Below, piece by piece: positions 1 through 10,557 of a DNA stretch of 64,000 bases. The position numbers and the translations under genes were made by a program. This stretch comes from Nitrososphaeraceae archaeon (GTDB lineage Archaea > Thermoproteota > Nitrososphaeria > Nitrososphaerales > Nitrososphaeraceae), in the NCBI GenBank assembly GCA_035297365.1, contig DATGZA010000011.1, positions 87,609 to 151,608 of the forward strand. The letters run 5' to 3'. Position 1 is the stretch's first letter. Every line of letters starts with the position of its first letter. A model generated the notes under the pieces. The model saw nothing but the letters and a program-made list of their open reading frames with translations, searched no databases and had not been told where the DNA came from.

Positions 1-73
1 CATATGACGATATTATCGACAAGTTGTTAGATTTTTATGATAGTAAGAATAAACAACAACAACAACATCAGAA

Positions 74-334
74 ATGAAACTGAAGACTATAATCAATATG
101 GGTGACCCTACTGATATTCAGAATGGCGAGACCTGTCATGTATGTCAAAAAATATCTTTCTTCTTTGTAGAGTTATGGGAAGATAAAACATCAACTCCAA
201 GGACAAGGATATGCAGTGAATGTATTAAACACTTGAATTCAAAGTTTACAAAGACATTCGAGTCAAGAAAATTTCTACAAGAGATAACAAAGTCAGAAAC
301 ACTTCTAAAAGAATTTCTAAGGTCAAAACCATAA
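74..334 (+). CDS. small zinc-finger-like protein
   Basis: 86 aa ORF with two CxxC motifs (CHVC, CSEC). Confidence 0.55.
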   Translation: MKLKTIINMGDPTDIQNGETCHVCQKISFFFVELWEDKTSTPRTRICSECIKHLNSKFTKTFESRKFLQEITKSETLLKEFLRSKP

Positions 335-374
335 TGAACACTAAAAAATATTTATCCTAAACCTTCTCCTATTT

Positions 375-527
375 ATGATATCATTACATGTGGAACAAAA
401 AGTCAAATTAATTCAGTTAAATATAAAAAGTTTTGGAAGATTAAGAGAGTATAACAGATATTATAATAATTATGACTACAATGTTAGTTCTTTTGACGCT
501 ATTATTGGAAAACTAATAGATTTCTAG
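375..527 (+). CDS. small RHH/antitoxin-like protein, possibly with premature stop
   Basis: Hand translation MISLHVEQKVKLIQLNIKSFGRLREYNRYY...SFDAIIGKLIDF*; paralog of 1575-1751, where this TAG is TAC. Confidence 0.4.
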   Translation: MISLHVEQKVKLIQLNIKSFGRLREYNRYYNNYDYNVSSFDAIIGKLIDF

Positions 528-665
528 GAGAAACAAAATATTGTTGCTATAGAAGAAACAGATGGTACAGTAAACTGATACAGTTACAACAATGACAACG
601 ACGAGAAGAAAATGAAGATATTAGAGTTTTATGCAAAAAACATGAGAAAAGTTACTACCCATTAT

Positions 666-767
666 TTATTTGTCTAATCCAATTTGCTTCATGAATTCAG
701 CATTATCCCAAAATAGATGTTCTTCGGCAATCGGTCCATCTTCATTCCATCGCGCTATTGAAGCCAT
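666..767 (-). pseudogene. C-terminal fragment of SnoaL-like ester cyclase
   Basis: MASIARWNEDGPIAEEHLFWDNAEFMKQIGLDK*, typical C-terminus of the family; N-terminal part absent. Confidence 0.55.
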
Positions 768-941
768 AAATCTTATTCCTGAATAAGAATACTTCCAATT
801 CATCCTTTTTAAAAATTTATCTTCTATGATTGATAAAATTATTCATGAGTTTAATTGTTATTGATATTGCTAGAAATCAATTTTATTTATTTTACCTTAT
901 TATTTATTTATCAAAAATGTGTTATAACAACTAATTATGAA

Positions 942-1508
942 TCAATCTATCCACTTGAACGATTTTAACATTTTTTCAAAGTCTGGAACATATTTTTCAT
1001 ATAGATTTCCAGAAGCCGTGTATCCTATACGATATGGTTCTTTATTATGAATTACATAATATTGTAAGAACTTGAATCCTTCCTTCTCTCCAATTCCTTC
1101 TGCATATATCTGTCTTGAGGTTTCATTAGCCACTGTTACGTTTTTCTCTGAAATAACTTTCATTAAATTTTGTTCGTCTATCATATATTTTACATATGCA
1201 TCAAGAGGTGCATTTTTGATACCATAATAAGCATCTTGTTTAAAAGACGCTGCCGCGTAAGTTGTGTTTGACCCAAAATGTTCTGATGGCATTGCACCTA
1301 TTGAGTTAGACGGACCAAAACCCAGAAGTTCTGTAGCATAACCATCCGAAAAGACTTCATACCTCCAATTATCTGGAATTTCAACTTGAAAATATAAAGT
1401 TTTTTCTATTGTAGTATTACCATTTTGTGCATAAATATTAATAGTAATTACAGAAAAATTGAGGATAACAATAACAAGAATAACACCACTTAAAGTGATT
1501 ATTCTCAT
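942..1508 (-). CDS. secreted PsbP-like domain protein
   Basis: Signal peptide, FQVEIPDNW, C-terminal YEKYVPDFEKMLKSFK. Confidence 0.75.
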   Translation of the reverse strand: MRIITLSGVILVIVILNFSVITINIYAQNGNTTIEKTLYFQVEIPDNWRYEVFSDGYATELLGFGPSNSIGAMPSEHFGSNTTYAAASFKQDAYYGIKNAPLDAYVKYMIDEQNLMKVISEKNVTVANETSRQIYAEGIGEKEGFKFLQYYVIHNKEPYRIGYTASGNLYEKYVPDFEKMLKSFKWID

Positions 1509-1574
1509 TATTAATTTTTTAATATCTTGTCTTTTAAAGATATTGATTTTTGAATATAATACTCACAGAAATTA

Positions 1575-1751
1575 TCAGCTATTGTTTTCGTAGAAATCTA
1601 TTAGTATCACAATTATGTCATCAAAAGAAATTGTATTGTCATCATCATCATGATTATAATATCTGTTATGCTCTCTTAACCTTAGAAAAGTCTCTCTTTT
1701 TAATTGAATTAACTTGAATTGTGGTTCTATTTCTCTTTGTTGTTCAAACAA
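1575..1751 (-). CDS. small RHH/antitoxin-like protein (58 aa, TTG start)
   Basis: Hand translation ...FKLIQLKRETFLRLREHNRYYNHDDDDNTISFDDIIVILIDFYENNS*; inverted paralog of 375-527. Confidence 0.45.
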   Translation of the reverse strand: MFEQQREIEPQFKLIQLKRETFLRLREHNRYYNHDDDDNTISFDDIIVILIDFYENNS

Positions 1752-1837
1752 TTATAATTATAATAAAAGAAGGAAGATTTAGAATGAATATTTTTATTTA
1801 TTTACTAGATTGAAAATATTTCATATTGTGCTTGTAC

Positions 1838-1946
1838 ATCAAATGCGATTCTTCTTATAGTCATTAATTGAGAATGATAAAATATTACAAGATTCGATAA
1901 TGTTTCTTCTAACCATAGATATATTAAATTCGTATTTAAAAATGCA
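1838..1946 (+). promoter_or_regulatory. conserved leader/promoter repeat (motif C), copy 1
   Basis: ATTCTTCTTATAGTC...GATAATGTTTCTTCTAACCATAGATATATTAAATTCGTATT before ATG 1947; 5 further copies in window. Confidence 0.75.
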
Positions 1947-2572
1947 ATGAGCAATCAAAAGATAGTTAATGCGTCTATACTGGGAGCAATACTAGCGACA
2001 GGTCTACTGGCTCTAAACCCATCAATGCTTACAAACGCACAAGCACAGATGTACAATTATGATCATGGAAATGATACTATAAAGTATACTCCGATTCAAA
2101 ATCACCTGATGTAAACGTTCAGAAAATAAAATGTGTAAATAGCAACATCAATGTCAATGGTATAGATATAACCGAAATACCTCCAGATGGTACGACTGCA
2201 GCAGAAGCAGCAGAAAATGAAGGCGGAGCAGGAGCAAATAGCCAGAATGATAATGGTCTTGCAGACAAAATAAACTTCGACAAAAACCTAGTAAACGTAT
2301 GTGCAAATATAAATGATAACGAACAGACAAAAATCAGTTCTCCAAAAGAAGCAAATTTGCTTGTGACCAAAACTGTCACCTGTGAGGACTTTTCTGATGA
2401 GTCGGTTCCTTCGGTTCAACAGGGGGTAAATCCTTGTCCAGTACTTGAAGCCACAATAACCGAAGATCAATTTGATATTTCGGTATCAGGTAACAATCCA
2501 GTTCGACCTCAATTTCAAGGTTCAGAAGGAGGACATGAAACTCATAGGACACTTACTATCAAAATAATATAA
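1947..2572 (+). pseudogene. frameshifted secreted protein of the CxNxNxNVNG family
   Basis: MSNQKIVNASILGAILATGLLALNPSMLTNAQAQ, frameshift near 2090, then QKIKCVNSNINVNGIDITEIP...NFDKNLVNVCANINDNEQ; paralog of 48108-48887. Confidence 0.8.
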
Positions 2573-2802
2573 CCGATCATTTTTTTATTTTTTGTTTATT
2601 AATCTATTACTCTAGTGATATTAATTTATTTTATTAATATAGCCATGGTTACCTTAGTGATGAAATTACCTTTCACTTAATTTTGGAATGATGTTTTTCT
2701 ACTGCTTCTCTGTTGTGTGGTTTCAACAAACAGTAGCATAGATTCAAATCTCTATTAAAGAAAATGTTAAGGTTGGTATACGCATGCTAAATTCTAAGTT
2801 TA

Positions 2803-2872
2803 AAAAATGTTATTGAACCCTATTAATATACGGGCTCGGAGCGCTTCGAGTTTGACATTTAGTTGGGATCTG
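2803..2872 (+). repeat. att-like composite site L2-core-RB
   Basis: AAAATGTTATTGAACC arm; CGGGCTCGGAGCGCTTCGAGTTTGACATTTAGTTGGGATC at 2831. Confidence 0.85.
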
Positions 2873-2930
2873 TCTTTACAAATTTAAACTTTAACTTTTT
2901 AAAATCAATGTGACCATTTTAAAAAATCTT

Positions 2931-3650
2931 TTACCGTACAAAAATTTTAAAACTAGCCTCCCTCATGGGATCAAATCTTGGTGGTGGACCTTCGTTACCC
3001 TTAAGCAGATCAACAACTTTCAATTCTATGTCATGTTTTCCAGGAGACAGTTCATGCAACAATAAGAAATAACCAGTAGCTAGCGCCTTATATGTGCCAG
3101 GATTGATTGTTCCCCAAATGTCTATTGGGCGCTCGGGAATCGTAATATTAAAAAAGTCAGTTTTAATTAATGATCCAGCAAGATCCACGTTTTTACCATC
3201 TACAGTAACTTTCATGTTGTTAAGGGGAGTAAGAATATTATCAGCACATTCTACTATTTCTGCATCAGTCATCGGACCAGAAGTACCACTATCACAGAAA
3301 GTCGTTGTTATTGGAAGCATGACAGCTTTACCAAGTGGAACATTGCAATTATAGTTGATCTTGCCCTCACCTGGAATAACATCTGGTAAGAACCATACAG
3401 GACCACTTTGCATTACAGAACATCTTTCAGAATCAGAATAATCCTTTACTGGATGTTTGTCGATAGGAATACCTGCCCACCACGTCCACCATTTTGCCAC
3501 CCATTCTGAATAAGGACTGTCATATGGCGAAGAATCTATTGTAAATATGTCAAAATTTGAGCTGGCTATAGTAGTAGTAATTATTCCGTTCCAACTGAGA
3601 ATTATAATAAACAGAATAGGTATTATAATTCGAACAAATAGTGGGTTCAT
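2931..3650 (-). CDS. secreted hypothetical protein (WxxKWWxW / QSGPVWFL family)
   Basis: Signal peptide, conserved Trp-rich motif, paired Cys. Confidence 0.75.
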   Translation of the reverse strand: MNPLFVRIIIPILFIIILSWNGIITTTIASSNFDIFTIDSSPYDSPYSEWVAKWWTWWAGIPIDKHPVKDYSDSERCSVMQSGPVWFLPDVIPGEGKINYNCNVPLGKAVMLPITTTFCDSGTSGPMTDAEIVECADNILTPLNNMKVTVDGKNVDLAGSLIKTDFFNITIPERPIDIWGTINPGTYKALATGYFLLLHELSPGKHDIELKVVDLLKGNEGPPPRFDPMREASFKIFVR

Positions 3651-3761
3651 AGTGAAAAGTATGTCCCTGTTCTTTATTTCTTTTTATATATAGATGTTTA
3701 TCTTACCAACAGTATCTCTAATAAACATGTTTTAGATATTAATAAATAGTAAAGTCTGAGA

Positions 3762-5126
3762 TTGCACGAATCGAAGAAAATTCAATATATTTTTAGTTCA
3801 TCAGGTCTTATTATTGTAGTAGGATTTGTAATTGTTCTACTTCATATAGTTGACATGACCGCAGGCGACACTTGGGCTTTGAACATCAATGACCGTAATT
3901 CGTTTCAATATATAATAATATATTTTATAATCACGGTGACATCACTAGTTATCCAAGCTTTCCTTCTTATGATCTCTATAAAGATAGCATTTACAACCAA
4001 GAAAGCAACCTCGCATCTATCAATGATAACCAGATACCTTTATGTAGGATCACATATGGCAGTAATGGGTTCCATTGCATATTTATTGGCAGAACAAGTA
4101 GTAACATATAGATATCATACGGTATTACTCGAGTTAATAGTAGCACTAAGTTTTATACCATCAATTTTAATCTTCATTTCATTAGCATTCAGAAATCTAA
4201 AGTCATTTTCATCCACTAAAAGAAAAATCGTTATGGTATACGGTATAGCCATAATTGCGATTGCAGTACAATTGATCATTGCCTTTTGTTATATAGAGAT
4301 CAATCTCTATAGTAAACCTGAGATCATAACTCCTGATAGGAATCCATGGGCATCCTATTTCTATACAAGTATCCAAAGTAAAATGTCCGTAAGTTATGAG
4401 ATTAGTGAGGATATTTCCTTTATTATCATATGGATGGCTTCTATATTACTTACTAAACCATATGCACAAAAGATTGGGAAAATAAAATATTCGATAACAT
4501 TGAGTGTTCCAATAATATACTTCCTATTTCAGTATTCTCCACTATTGTTGGAACAAATGGGAACATTAAGTTTTCTTGTTATGGCAGAAGGATCATTATT
4601 TTTATATTTTTACAATTTTGTTTTAAATACAGTTAATATAGGAACGGGAATATTAATTGGAATCTCATTTTACATATTATCTAGATCTTTGGTCTATGAT
4701 GATTTAAAATATTACCTGATAATATGTGGCACAGGAATCATGATTATCTTCAGTAGTGGTGTTTCAACAATCTTAACCTTAGCTCCTTTTCCAGCATGGG
4801 CTATTGTTTCCCTTTCATTTATCTTGCCAGCATCATTCCTATTTTTAATTGGGCTCGATTCAGCAACATATTATATTGCAAGTGACACTTTGATACGTAG
4901 GTATCTGTATAGACATAGGGATCAATTTGGTCTATTCCAAGCTTTGGGTTATACAAAAGCTTCCGACATTGTTGAGCAAAAGGTACGTAAACAACTCGAT
5001 AATCTCAAAGATAAAACATTTTTTGAACCAGTATATGAATTAGAAGATACGAAACAGTATATCCAGAAGGTAATAACAGAAATGAAAGAATCTGATACAA
5101 AAATAGATAGTTCAAAATCGGATTAA
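3762..5126 (+). CDS. multi-pass membrane protein
   Basis: 454 aa with about 10 hydrophobic segments. Confidence 0.7.
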   Translation: MHESKKIQYIFSSSGLIIVVGFVIVLLHIVDMTAGDTWALNINDRNSFQYIIIYFIITVTSLVIQAFLLMISIKIAFTTKKATSHLSMITRYLYVGSHMAVMGSIAYLLAEQVVTYRYHTVLLELIVALSFIPSILIFISLAFRNLKSFSSTKRKIVMVYGIAIIAIAVQLIIAFCYIEINLYSKPEIITPDRNPWASYFYTSIQSKMSVSYEISEDISFIIIWMASILLTKPYAQKIGKIKYSITLSVPIIYFLFQYSPLLLEQMGTLSFLVMAEGSLFLYFYNFVLNTVNIGTGILIGISFYILSRSLVYDDLKYYLIICGTGIMIIFSSGVSTILTLAPFPAWAIVSLSFILPASFLFLIGLDSATYYIASDTLIRRYLYRHRDQFGLFQALGYTKASDIVEQKVRKQLDNLKDKTFFEPVYELEDTKQYIQKVITEMKESDTKIDSSKSD

Positions 5127-5223
5127 TTTTCGATTAAGTTAGGAATTAATTTATGTATATAAAAAGCAATAATCAATTGTATCTACTCTAAAAATAATAA
5201 GTTTTGATCGAGATATTAATTAG

Positions 5224-5293
5224 ATATTAATAAACTTATTAATGAGGGTGCAAACAGAGGATAGTCAACCGTTTTTCACATAATTTTGTAGTT
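5224..5293 (+). repeat. degenerate att-like site L5-RA
   Basis: ATATTAATAAACT...CAAACAGAGGATAGTCAACCGTTTTTCACATAATTTTGTAGTT; matches 35560-35630. Confidence 0.65.
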
Positions 5294-5434
5294 TGATAAT
5301 TTTTGTGATTACCTTATTCCTTCCTTATTTACAAAAGACTTTGATATTAATCAAAAGTTTTGTTATTCAATTCCTTAAACACATAAAATAAGAGTAAGAT
5401 GAGGAGATGCTTCTGTAAAAAAATTTTAGGTAAA

Positions 5435-5659
5435 TTAAAGTTCTTTACGTTCTACACCAAATGCTACTTTTATTGTAGTTTTATATTGAGTAATATTACC
5501 TGTATTAGGATCTACTGTACCAGTCTTACTTATGACTTCGAGTCCTGTAATTCCACGTATCGTCTTCGTTGCCTCATCTAGGGCAACTTTGACTGCCTCT
5601 TGCCATCCCTTATCTGAACTACCAACAAGTTCGGTTATTGTTGCAATATGATGAGTCAT
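5435..5659 (-). CDS. dodecin-family flavin-binding protein
   Basis: ITELVGSSDKGWQEAVKVALDEATKTIRGI...YKTTIKVAF. Confidence 0.85.
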   Translation of the reverse strand: MTHHIATITELVGSSDKGWQEAVKVALDEATKTIRGITGLEVISKTGTVDPNTGNITQYKTTIKVAFGVERKEL

Positions 5660-6173
5660 ATTTGTTATGAGTATTCATGCTTATTAATGGTTATCAATAA
5701 AAGAATCTAAGAATTATTATAAAAACATGCAAATTGACAGAATTATAAATTTGTTGTATGCAATCGACCGTCAAATGGAAATTAATTATTTTCAATATTT
5801 TTAATATATACTTTAATAGGTTTTAAATCACTATAACAAAACAAAAATTTGGTTATTTATTAACCAGTTTTTGATTTAATAGTCTGAATCCTTTGTTTCT
5901 CTGTATGATGATAGAATAAAAACTAATAACGATTTTTATTTAAAAGATGTGAATATTATCTTAAATTAACAGAACCCAATTTTCCCTATCAACGATAAGT
6001 CATATTCTAAGTCATCCAGATTGAACGCTTAAGTACACCTTTATTCGTGATTGAAAATAACTGTTGTAAAAAGGAAATTTCGATATTTAAAATTGATAGT
6101 AATGGTAGGATTATCATTAACTAAATGATTATTTTTATTTGTAGGTATAAAAGAATAAGAATCGCTACAAATA

Positions 6174-7292
6174 TTGTACAATATGAATTACATTGGCACC
6201 ATGCATGAGAATGAACTAAAAAATGGAGAACATAAAAAAGTAAAAGTTAAGGACAAAGAAATAATCATTTTTAAATTAAATGATAATATAACTGCCATTA
6301 GTAATACATGCCTTCACAAAGGAGGACCTTTATCTGAAGGAAAAGTGGAAAAAAAATATGGTGGTTACTATATTACTTGTCCATGGCATGGATGGGAATA
6401 TAATCTTGTTACGGGAAAGGCACCTCCAGGATATGAAGAACAACAAGCAATGTACGATGTAATTGTAAAAGATAATAAAATACACGTTTCAGAGAAGCCT
6501 ATTATATTACCTTTTAGGGGAACACATAAAGAAAATCCTTTACAAGACCTTATAGAGTTAAAATACGATACAAGTTCTACTTCTCTGAATATATTAGGAA
6601 TTTCAACTACAAATATGAATGAGAAATTACCTAGGATTTCAACATCAGAATTAGTATTGCAAGAAGCACTCGATTATGCTAGGAGAGAGTATCAAGCAAA
6701 TACAGTAATGATAAGACTTTCAGATATTGAATTTAGGCATTGCGAAGGATATTATAGTAGAAATGAAATGGCGTGTACTTGGCCTTGCTCGATATCCGAA
6801 ATGGATAGTAATGATGGAATGAATGATATATATCGAAAAATGATTCTATGGGCTGACATAGTAGTAGTTAGCACCCCTATTCGATGGGGTAATGCTTCAT
6901 CACTTTATTACAAAATGATTGAAAGGCTTAATTGTGTTCAAAATCAAATAACATTACATAATCGCGTTTTAGTAAACAACAAAGTTGCAAGTTTTATAAT
7001 CACAGGTGGCCAAGATAACATACAAAGTGTTGCTGGACAGATGATGATGTTTTTTAGTGAGTTAGGTTTTACATTACCCCCTTATTCATTTATGGGATGG
7101 AGTAGAGGTTGGATAGCTGAAGATATGGAACATAATGTACAACAATTCAAGAAATCAAGGTATATCAAGAGATCTTTAAGAGATCTAGTTGATAATGATA
7201 TAAAATTATTAAGACAATTGAAAGGAGATCCTTGTATCCATATTAATTTCCCTCAACCAAAAATTACTGATACTTCTTCTTATAATAAATAA
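6174..7292 (+). CDS. Rieske 2Fe-2S domain fused to flavodoxin-like (NADPH-dependent FMN reductase) domain
   Basis: CLHKGGPL...CPWHGW Rieske motif; CEGYYS...CTWPCS and STPIRWG in second domain. Confidence 0.85.
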   Translation: MYNMNYIGTMHENELKNGEHKKVKVKDKEIIIFKLNDNITAISNTCLHKGGPLSEGKVEKKYGGYYITCPWHGWEYNLVTGKAPPGYEEQQAMYDVIVKDNKIHVSEKPIILPFRGTHKENPLQDLIELKYDTSSTSLNILGISTTNMNEKLPRISTSELVLQEALDYARREYQANTVMIRLSDIEFRHCEGYYSRNEMACTWPCSISEMDSNDGMNDIYRKMILWADIVVVSTPIRWGNASSLYYKMIERLNCVQNQITLHNRVLVNNKVASFIITGGQDNIQSVAGQMMMFFSELGFTLPPYSFMGWSRGWIAEDMEHNVQQFKKSRYIKRSLRDLVDNDIKLLRQLKGDPCIHINFPQPKITDTSSYNK

Positions 7293-7312
7293 ACTTCTCA
7301 AAGGGATAGCAA

Positions 7313-8032
7313 ATGGATAGTGATGTTATTTCTTATAACAAAATTATACCTTTGAGAACTATTTGTAGGGTAATTGCTAAAATAAAGTCACAGCAAATAG
7401 AATCTTTACCCCACTTTGGTCATGAAGCATTATTTTTTCAGAATAATGCAGTAACAACCGGACTAATGAATAATACAAAAGAACTTAAGATAGATTTTTT
7501 TAGTGGCTTATTTTTATCTTACAAGAATGAAGATACTATACAAATCGATTTGACATCTAAAAATATTCAAGATATATATGACTTTTTTACTAATAATTTT
7601 GATCTTTCTATATCCCAAGAAATCACGAATCTGGATAGTCAAGAATTACAAAATCATTATTATTTTATGTCAAAGGCTAACCTTAGCTTAGAAATATTTA
7701 GAATGAGGTTGGGTGGAAAGTTTACGCTTGTGCATTTGTGGCCACATGGATTCGATCTTTCTGTAGAATATTTTACTGGAATACAGAATCAGCAAATTGG
7801 AATTGGAATATCACCTGGAGAAGAAAATATTTCCTTACCTTATCTCTATATCAATCCTTATCCTTTCAATCAAGAAATCAAAGAGGAAAAATTACCATTA
7901 GGGGAATGGTATGATAAATCATGGAAGGGAATAAAAGTCGAGTGGAATGAGATATCTTCTAAAAATGAAAAAGAAATTGCATCTTTCATCTCCCAATTGT
8001 TTAAAATATCATACAAAAATTTTATTAAATGA
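7313..8032 (+). CDS. hypothetical protein (DUF5996-like)
   Basis: HLWPHGFDLS and PYLYINPYP motifs; 20 bp after Rieske gene. Confidence 0.55.
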   Translation: MDSDVISYNKIIPLRTICRVIAKIKSQQIESLPHFGHEALFFQNNAVTTGLMNNTKELKIDFFSGLFLSYKNEDTIQIDLTSKNIQDIYDFFTNNFDLSISQEITNLDSQELQNHYYFMSKANLSLEIFRMRLGGKFTLVHLWPHGFDLSVEYFTGIQNQQIGIGISPGEENISLPYLYINPYPFNQEIKEEKLPLGEWYDKSWKGIKVEWNEISSKNEKEIASFISQLFKISYKNFIK

Positions 8033-8097
8033 TATTGTAAAACTCCTTTGTTAAATTAAGCAGTAAAAATTATAGGCAAAAATATCCCGTCTACTAT

Positions 8098-8310
8098 ATG
8101 AAAATTAAACTTAGAAATATAACATCTAGCTTTATTGTAATGTATTTTTCATATTTGTACTTGTTCTAAGTTTTAGAAAATATAGTTAAAATACTGCAAC
8201 CTTTTAAAGATCAAAAAAGAAGTTATGTTGCTGAATGGTATTGGATTCACCGATTTGGTTCATTGCAGATCTATAACAAGCATAGAAGTATTTCCGTATT
8301 CATAGTAGGT
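8098..8310 (+). mobile_element. IS6-family transposase N-terminal remnant
   Basis: Frameshifted RNITSSFIVMYFSYLY...LQPFKDQKRSYVA..WIHRFGSLQIY resembles thaumarchaeal IS6 transposase starts. Confidence 0.55.
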
Positions 8311-8354
8311 AAACATTTCTAAATTATTGTCTTTATAAAATACTTTGCAGAAAG

Positions 8355-8427
8355 TTGATGTAAAAGAGCCTTGATACTATATGGACTCGGAGGGTAGTAA
8401 ACTGTTTTTGACACAATTTTGAAGTTC
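8355..8427 (+). repeat. att-like site L1-core-RA
   Basis: TTGATGTAAAAGAGCCTTGATACTATATGGACTCGGAGGGTAGTAAACTGTTTTTGACACAATTTTGAAGTTC. Confidence 0.85.
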
Positions 8428-8603
8428 TATATCAAAAATATCCACAAATTGTTCTTACATTCTAACAAAAATACCATCGATATCTCACTTTTGATATGGG
8501 TGTAGAATGGATGAAAAACAATAGTAAATTAGAAAATTTTACATTACTCAACTACTTACCTATTAAAAATTTTTAACGTGATACCTATAATTCTATTTAA
8601 TTA

Positions 8604-9908
8604 ATGGATAGTATAAACAAACAAGTTCCACTTTATCCTCTATTATTAATTAATTTTATAGGAACTTTAGGTTTTAGTATTGTTTTACCTTTTTTGATAT
8701 TTTTAGTCATAGATTTTGGAGGGAATGCTATAGTCTATGGAATACTAGCTGCAGTATATCCTGCATTTCAACTAATAGGAGCTCCATTTCTAGGAAGATG
8801 GTCTGATATTTATGGGCGAAAAAAAGTTCTTCTTGTCAGTCATGGAGGAACATTAATTGGTTGGATATTTTTTCTTTTTGCATTATTTTTGCCTGTTGAA
8901 AATCTTTTTAGTATTAATTCTGCTCTTTTTGGAACTATTGTTATAACTCTTCCTTTACTTGTATTATTTTTTGCACGTTCTATTGATGGGATAACAGGTG
9001 GCAATATTTCTGTTGCCAATGCCTATCTTGCAGATATTTCATCAGATGAAAATAGAAGTAAAAACTTTGGTAAAATGGCAATATCTTCGAATCTTGGTTT
9101 TATTGTGGGTCCCGCATTAGCAGGAATTTTAGGTGCAACTATTTATCAAGAAATATTGCCTGTCTTGGCTGCTCTATTTCTCTCTCTAATTACCTTAATA
9201 GTCATAGGTTTCGCTTTAAAAGAATCAAAGTCTCAATCGGCTGTTACGAAACAAATTCCGGAAGAAGAAAGTGTTAGAAAAGTTTTTGCACATGAATGCA
9301 AAGAATGCTACCAGCCTGAAAATCCAAAGAAACTTAAATTCCAAGATGTTTTCAAGTTAGAAAATATTCCATTTCTAATTGTCTTATATTTTTTTATTTT
9401 CCTTGGATTTAACATATTTTATACATCTTTTCCAATTCATGCAGTAAATGATTTAAAATGGTCAGTAACCGAACTGGGAATATTTTATGCAGTATTAAGC
9501 GGAATCATGGTTTTGGTACAAGGTCCGATTTTGCATAAGTCTTTAAAAAAATTCTCTGAAGAAAAACTAGTTATAATTGGAAGTATCATTTTAGGTACAA
9601 ATTTTATTTTATTTGTATCAAATGATGATATCTTAATTTATGTTGCTGCAATTCTATTTGCAGTTGGGAATGGGCTGATGTGGCCATCTTTTATGTCAAT
9701 GCTTTCGAAGATTTCTGGTAATATATATCAAGGATTCATACAAGGAGTTGCAAGTAGTTTTGGAAGTTTAGCAAGTATTTTTGGACTAACAATAGGAGGA
9801 TTTCTGTACAATTTAATCGGAGGATTTACTTTTCTAATTAGTGCTGGAATCATATTTGCAATTTTTATTATGTCTTTTAGACTATTGAAAATGAAAGTGT
9901 TTAACTAA
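8604..9908 (+). CDS. MFS transporter (TetA/DHA1-like)
   Basis: GRWSDIYGRKKVLL motif A, GGNISVANAYLADIS, 12 TM. Confidence 0.9.
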   Translation: MDSINKQVPLYPLLLINFIGTLGFSIVLPFLIFLVIDFGGNAIVYGILAAVYPAFQLIGAPFLGRWSDIYGRKKVLLVSHGGTLIGWIFFLFALFLPVENLFSINSALFGTIVITLPLLVLFFARSIDGITGGNISVANAYLADISSDENRSKNFGKMAISSNLGFIVGPALAGILGATIYQEILPVLAALFLSLITLIVIGFALKESKSQSAVTKQIPEEESVRKVFAHECKECYQPENPKKLKFQDVFKLENIPFLIVLYFFIFLGFNIFYTSFPIHAVNDLKWSVTELGIFYAVLSGIMVLVQGPILHKSLKKFSEEKLVIIGSIILGTNFILFVSNDDILIYVAAILFAVGNGLMWPSFMSMLSKISGNIYQGFIQGVASSFGSLASIFGLTIGGFLYNLIGGFTFLISAGIIFAIFIMSFRLLKMKVFN

Positions 9909-10004
9909 CTAATTATAAAAAATAAAAAAGGTCTATCAAAATAGGATGTTATAGTTTAAATATAGTCTAAATTAAGCAATGTTTACCATTTTTTTTATTC
10001 TTTG

Positions 10005-10078
10005 AAAAATGTTATTGAACCATACTAATATAGGGGCTCGGAGGTTTGTAAAATGATTTTGACACAATTTTGTAGTTC
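10005..10078 (+). repeat. att-like site L2-core-RA
   Basis: AAAAATGTTATTGAACCATACTAATATAGGGGCTCGGAGG...ATTTTGACACAATTTTGTAGTTC. Confidence 0.85.
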
Positions 10079-10105
10079 TATAGTTAGAAAAAATAAATTA
10101 TATCT

Positions 10106-10414
10106 TCATTTTCCAATTTTATTATGCACATCATCATATCTTTTTAGACCTACAATTTTTACGGTATTAAATAAGCCTAGTCCTGCCTCAATGCATAGGC
10201 TCTCTATATCATGAGCACTTTCTGCTTCGAAAATTATCATCCATTCATGTTCAAGGACTGACATGTAGAATGCTTCAATATTTTTTACTCCATATTTTGA
10301 TTTATTTTGTTCTAGTTTATTTTTGATTTCAAGAAATACTTTTTTAGCCTCCACATTGTTCATAGGACAAGATTCTGGACTATGTATAGCAAATGCACCA
10401 AAGAGATTTACCAT
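10106..10414 (-). CDS. small ferredoxin-like fold protein (GYD/DUF3303-like)
   Basis: HSPESCP motif, HEWMIIFEAES. Confidence 0.6.
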   Translation of the reverse strand: MVNLFGAFAIHSPESCPMNNVEAKKVFLEIKNKLEQNKSKYGVKNIEAFYMSVLEHEWMIIFEAESAHDIESLCIEAGLGLFNTVKIVGLKRYDDVHNKIGK

Positions 10415-10557
10415 AATATTTTTTATAAAGAAATGAGGATATTAAGTTATACGATTTATAATTTAATATTTTTTAGTGAATTGCATCTTTTACAATATAT
10501 TGATTCTGTTACATCAATCGTTAGACTATTATTTAAAAAATTTTTAAATGTGCTAAA

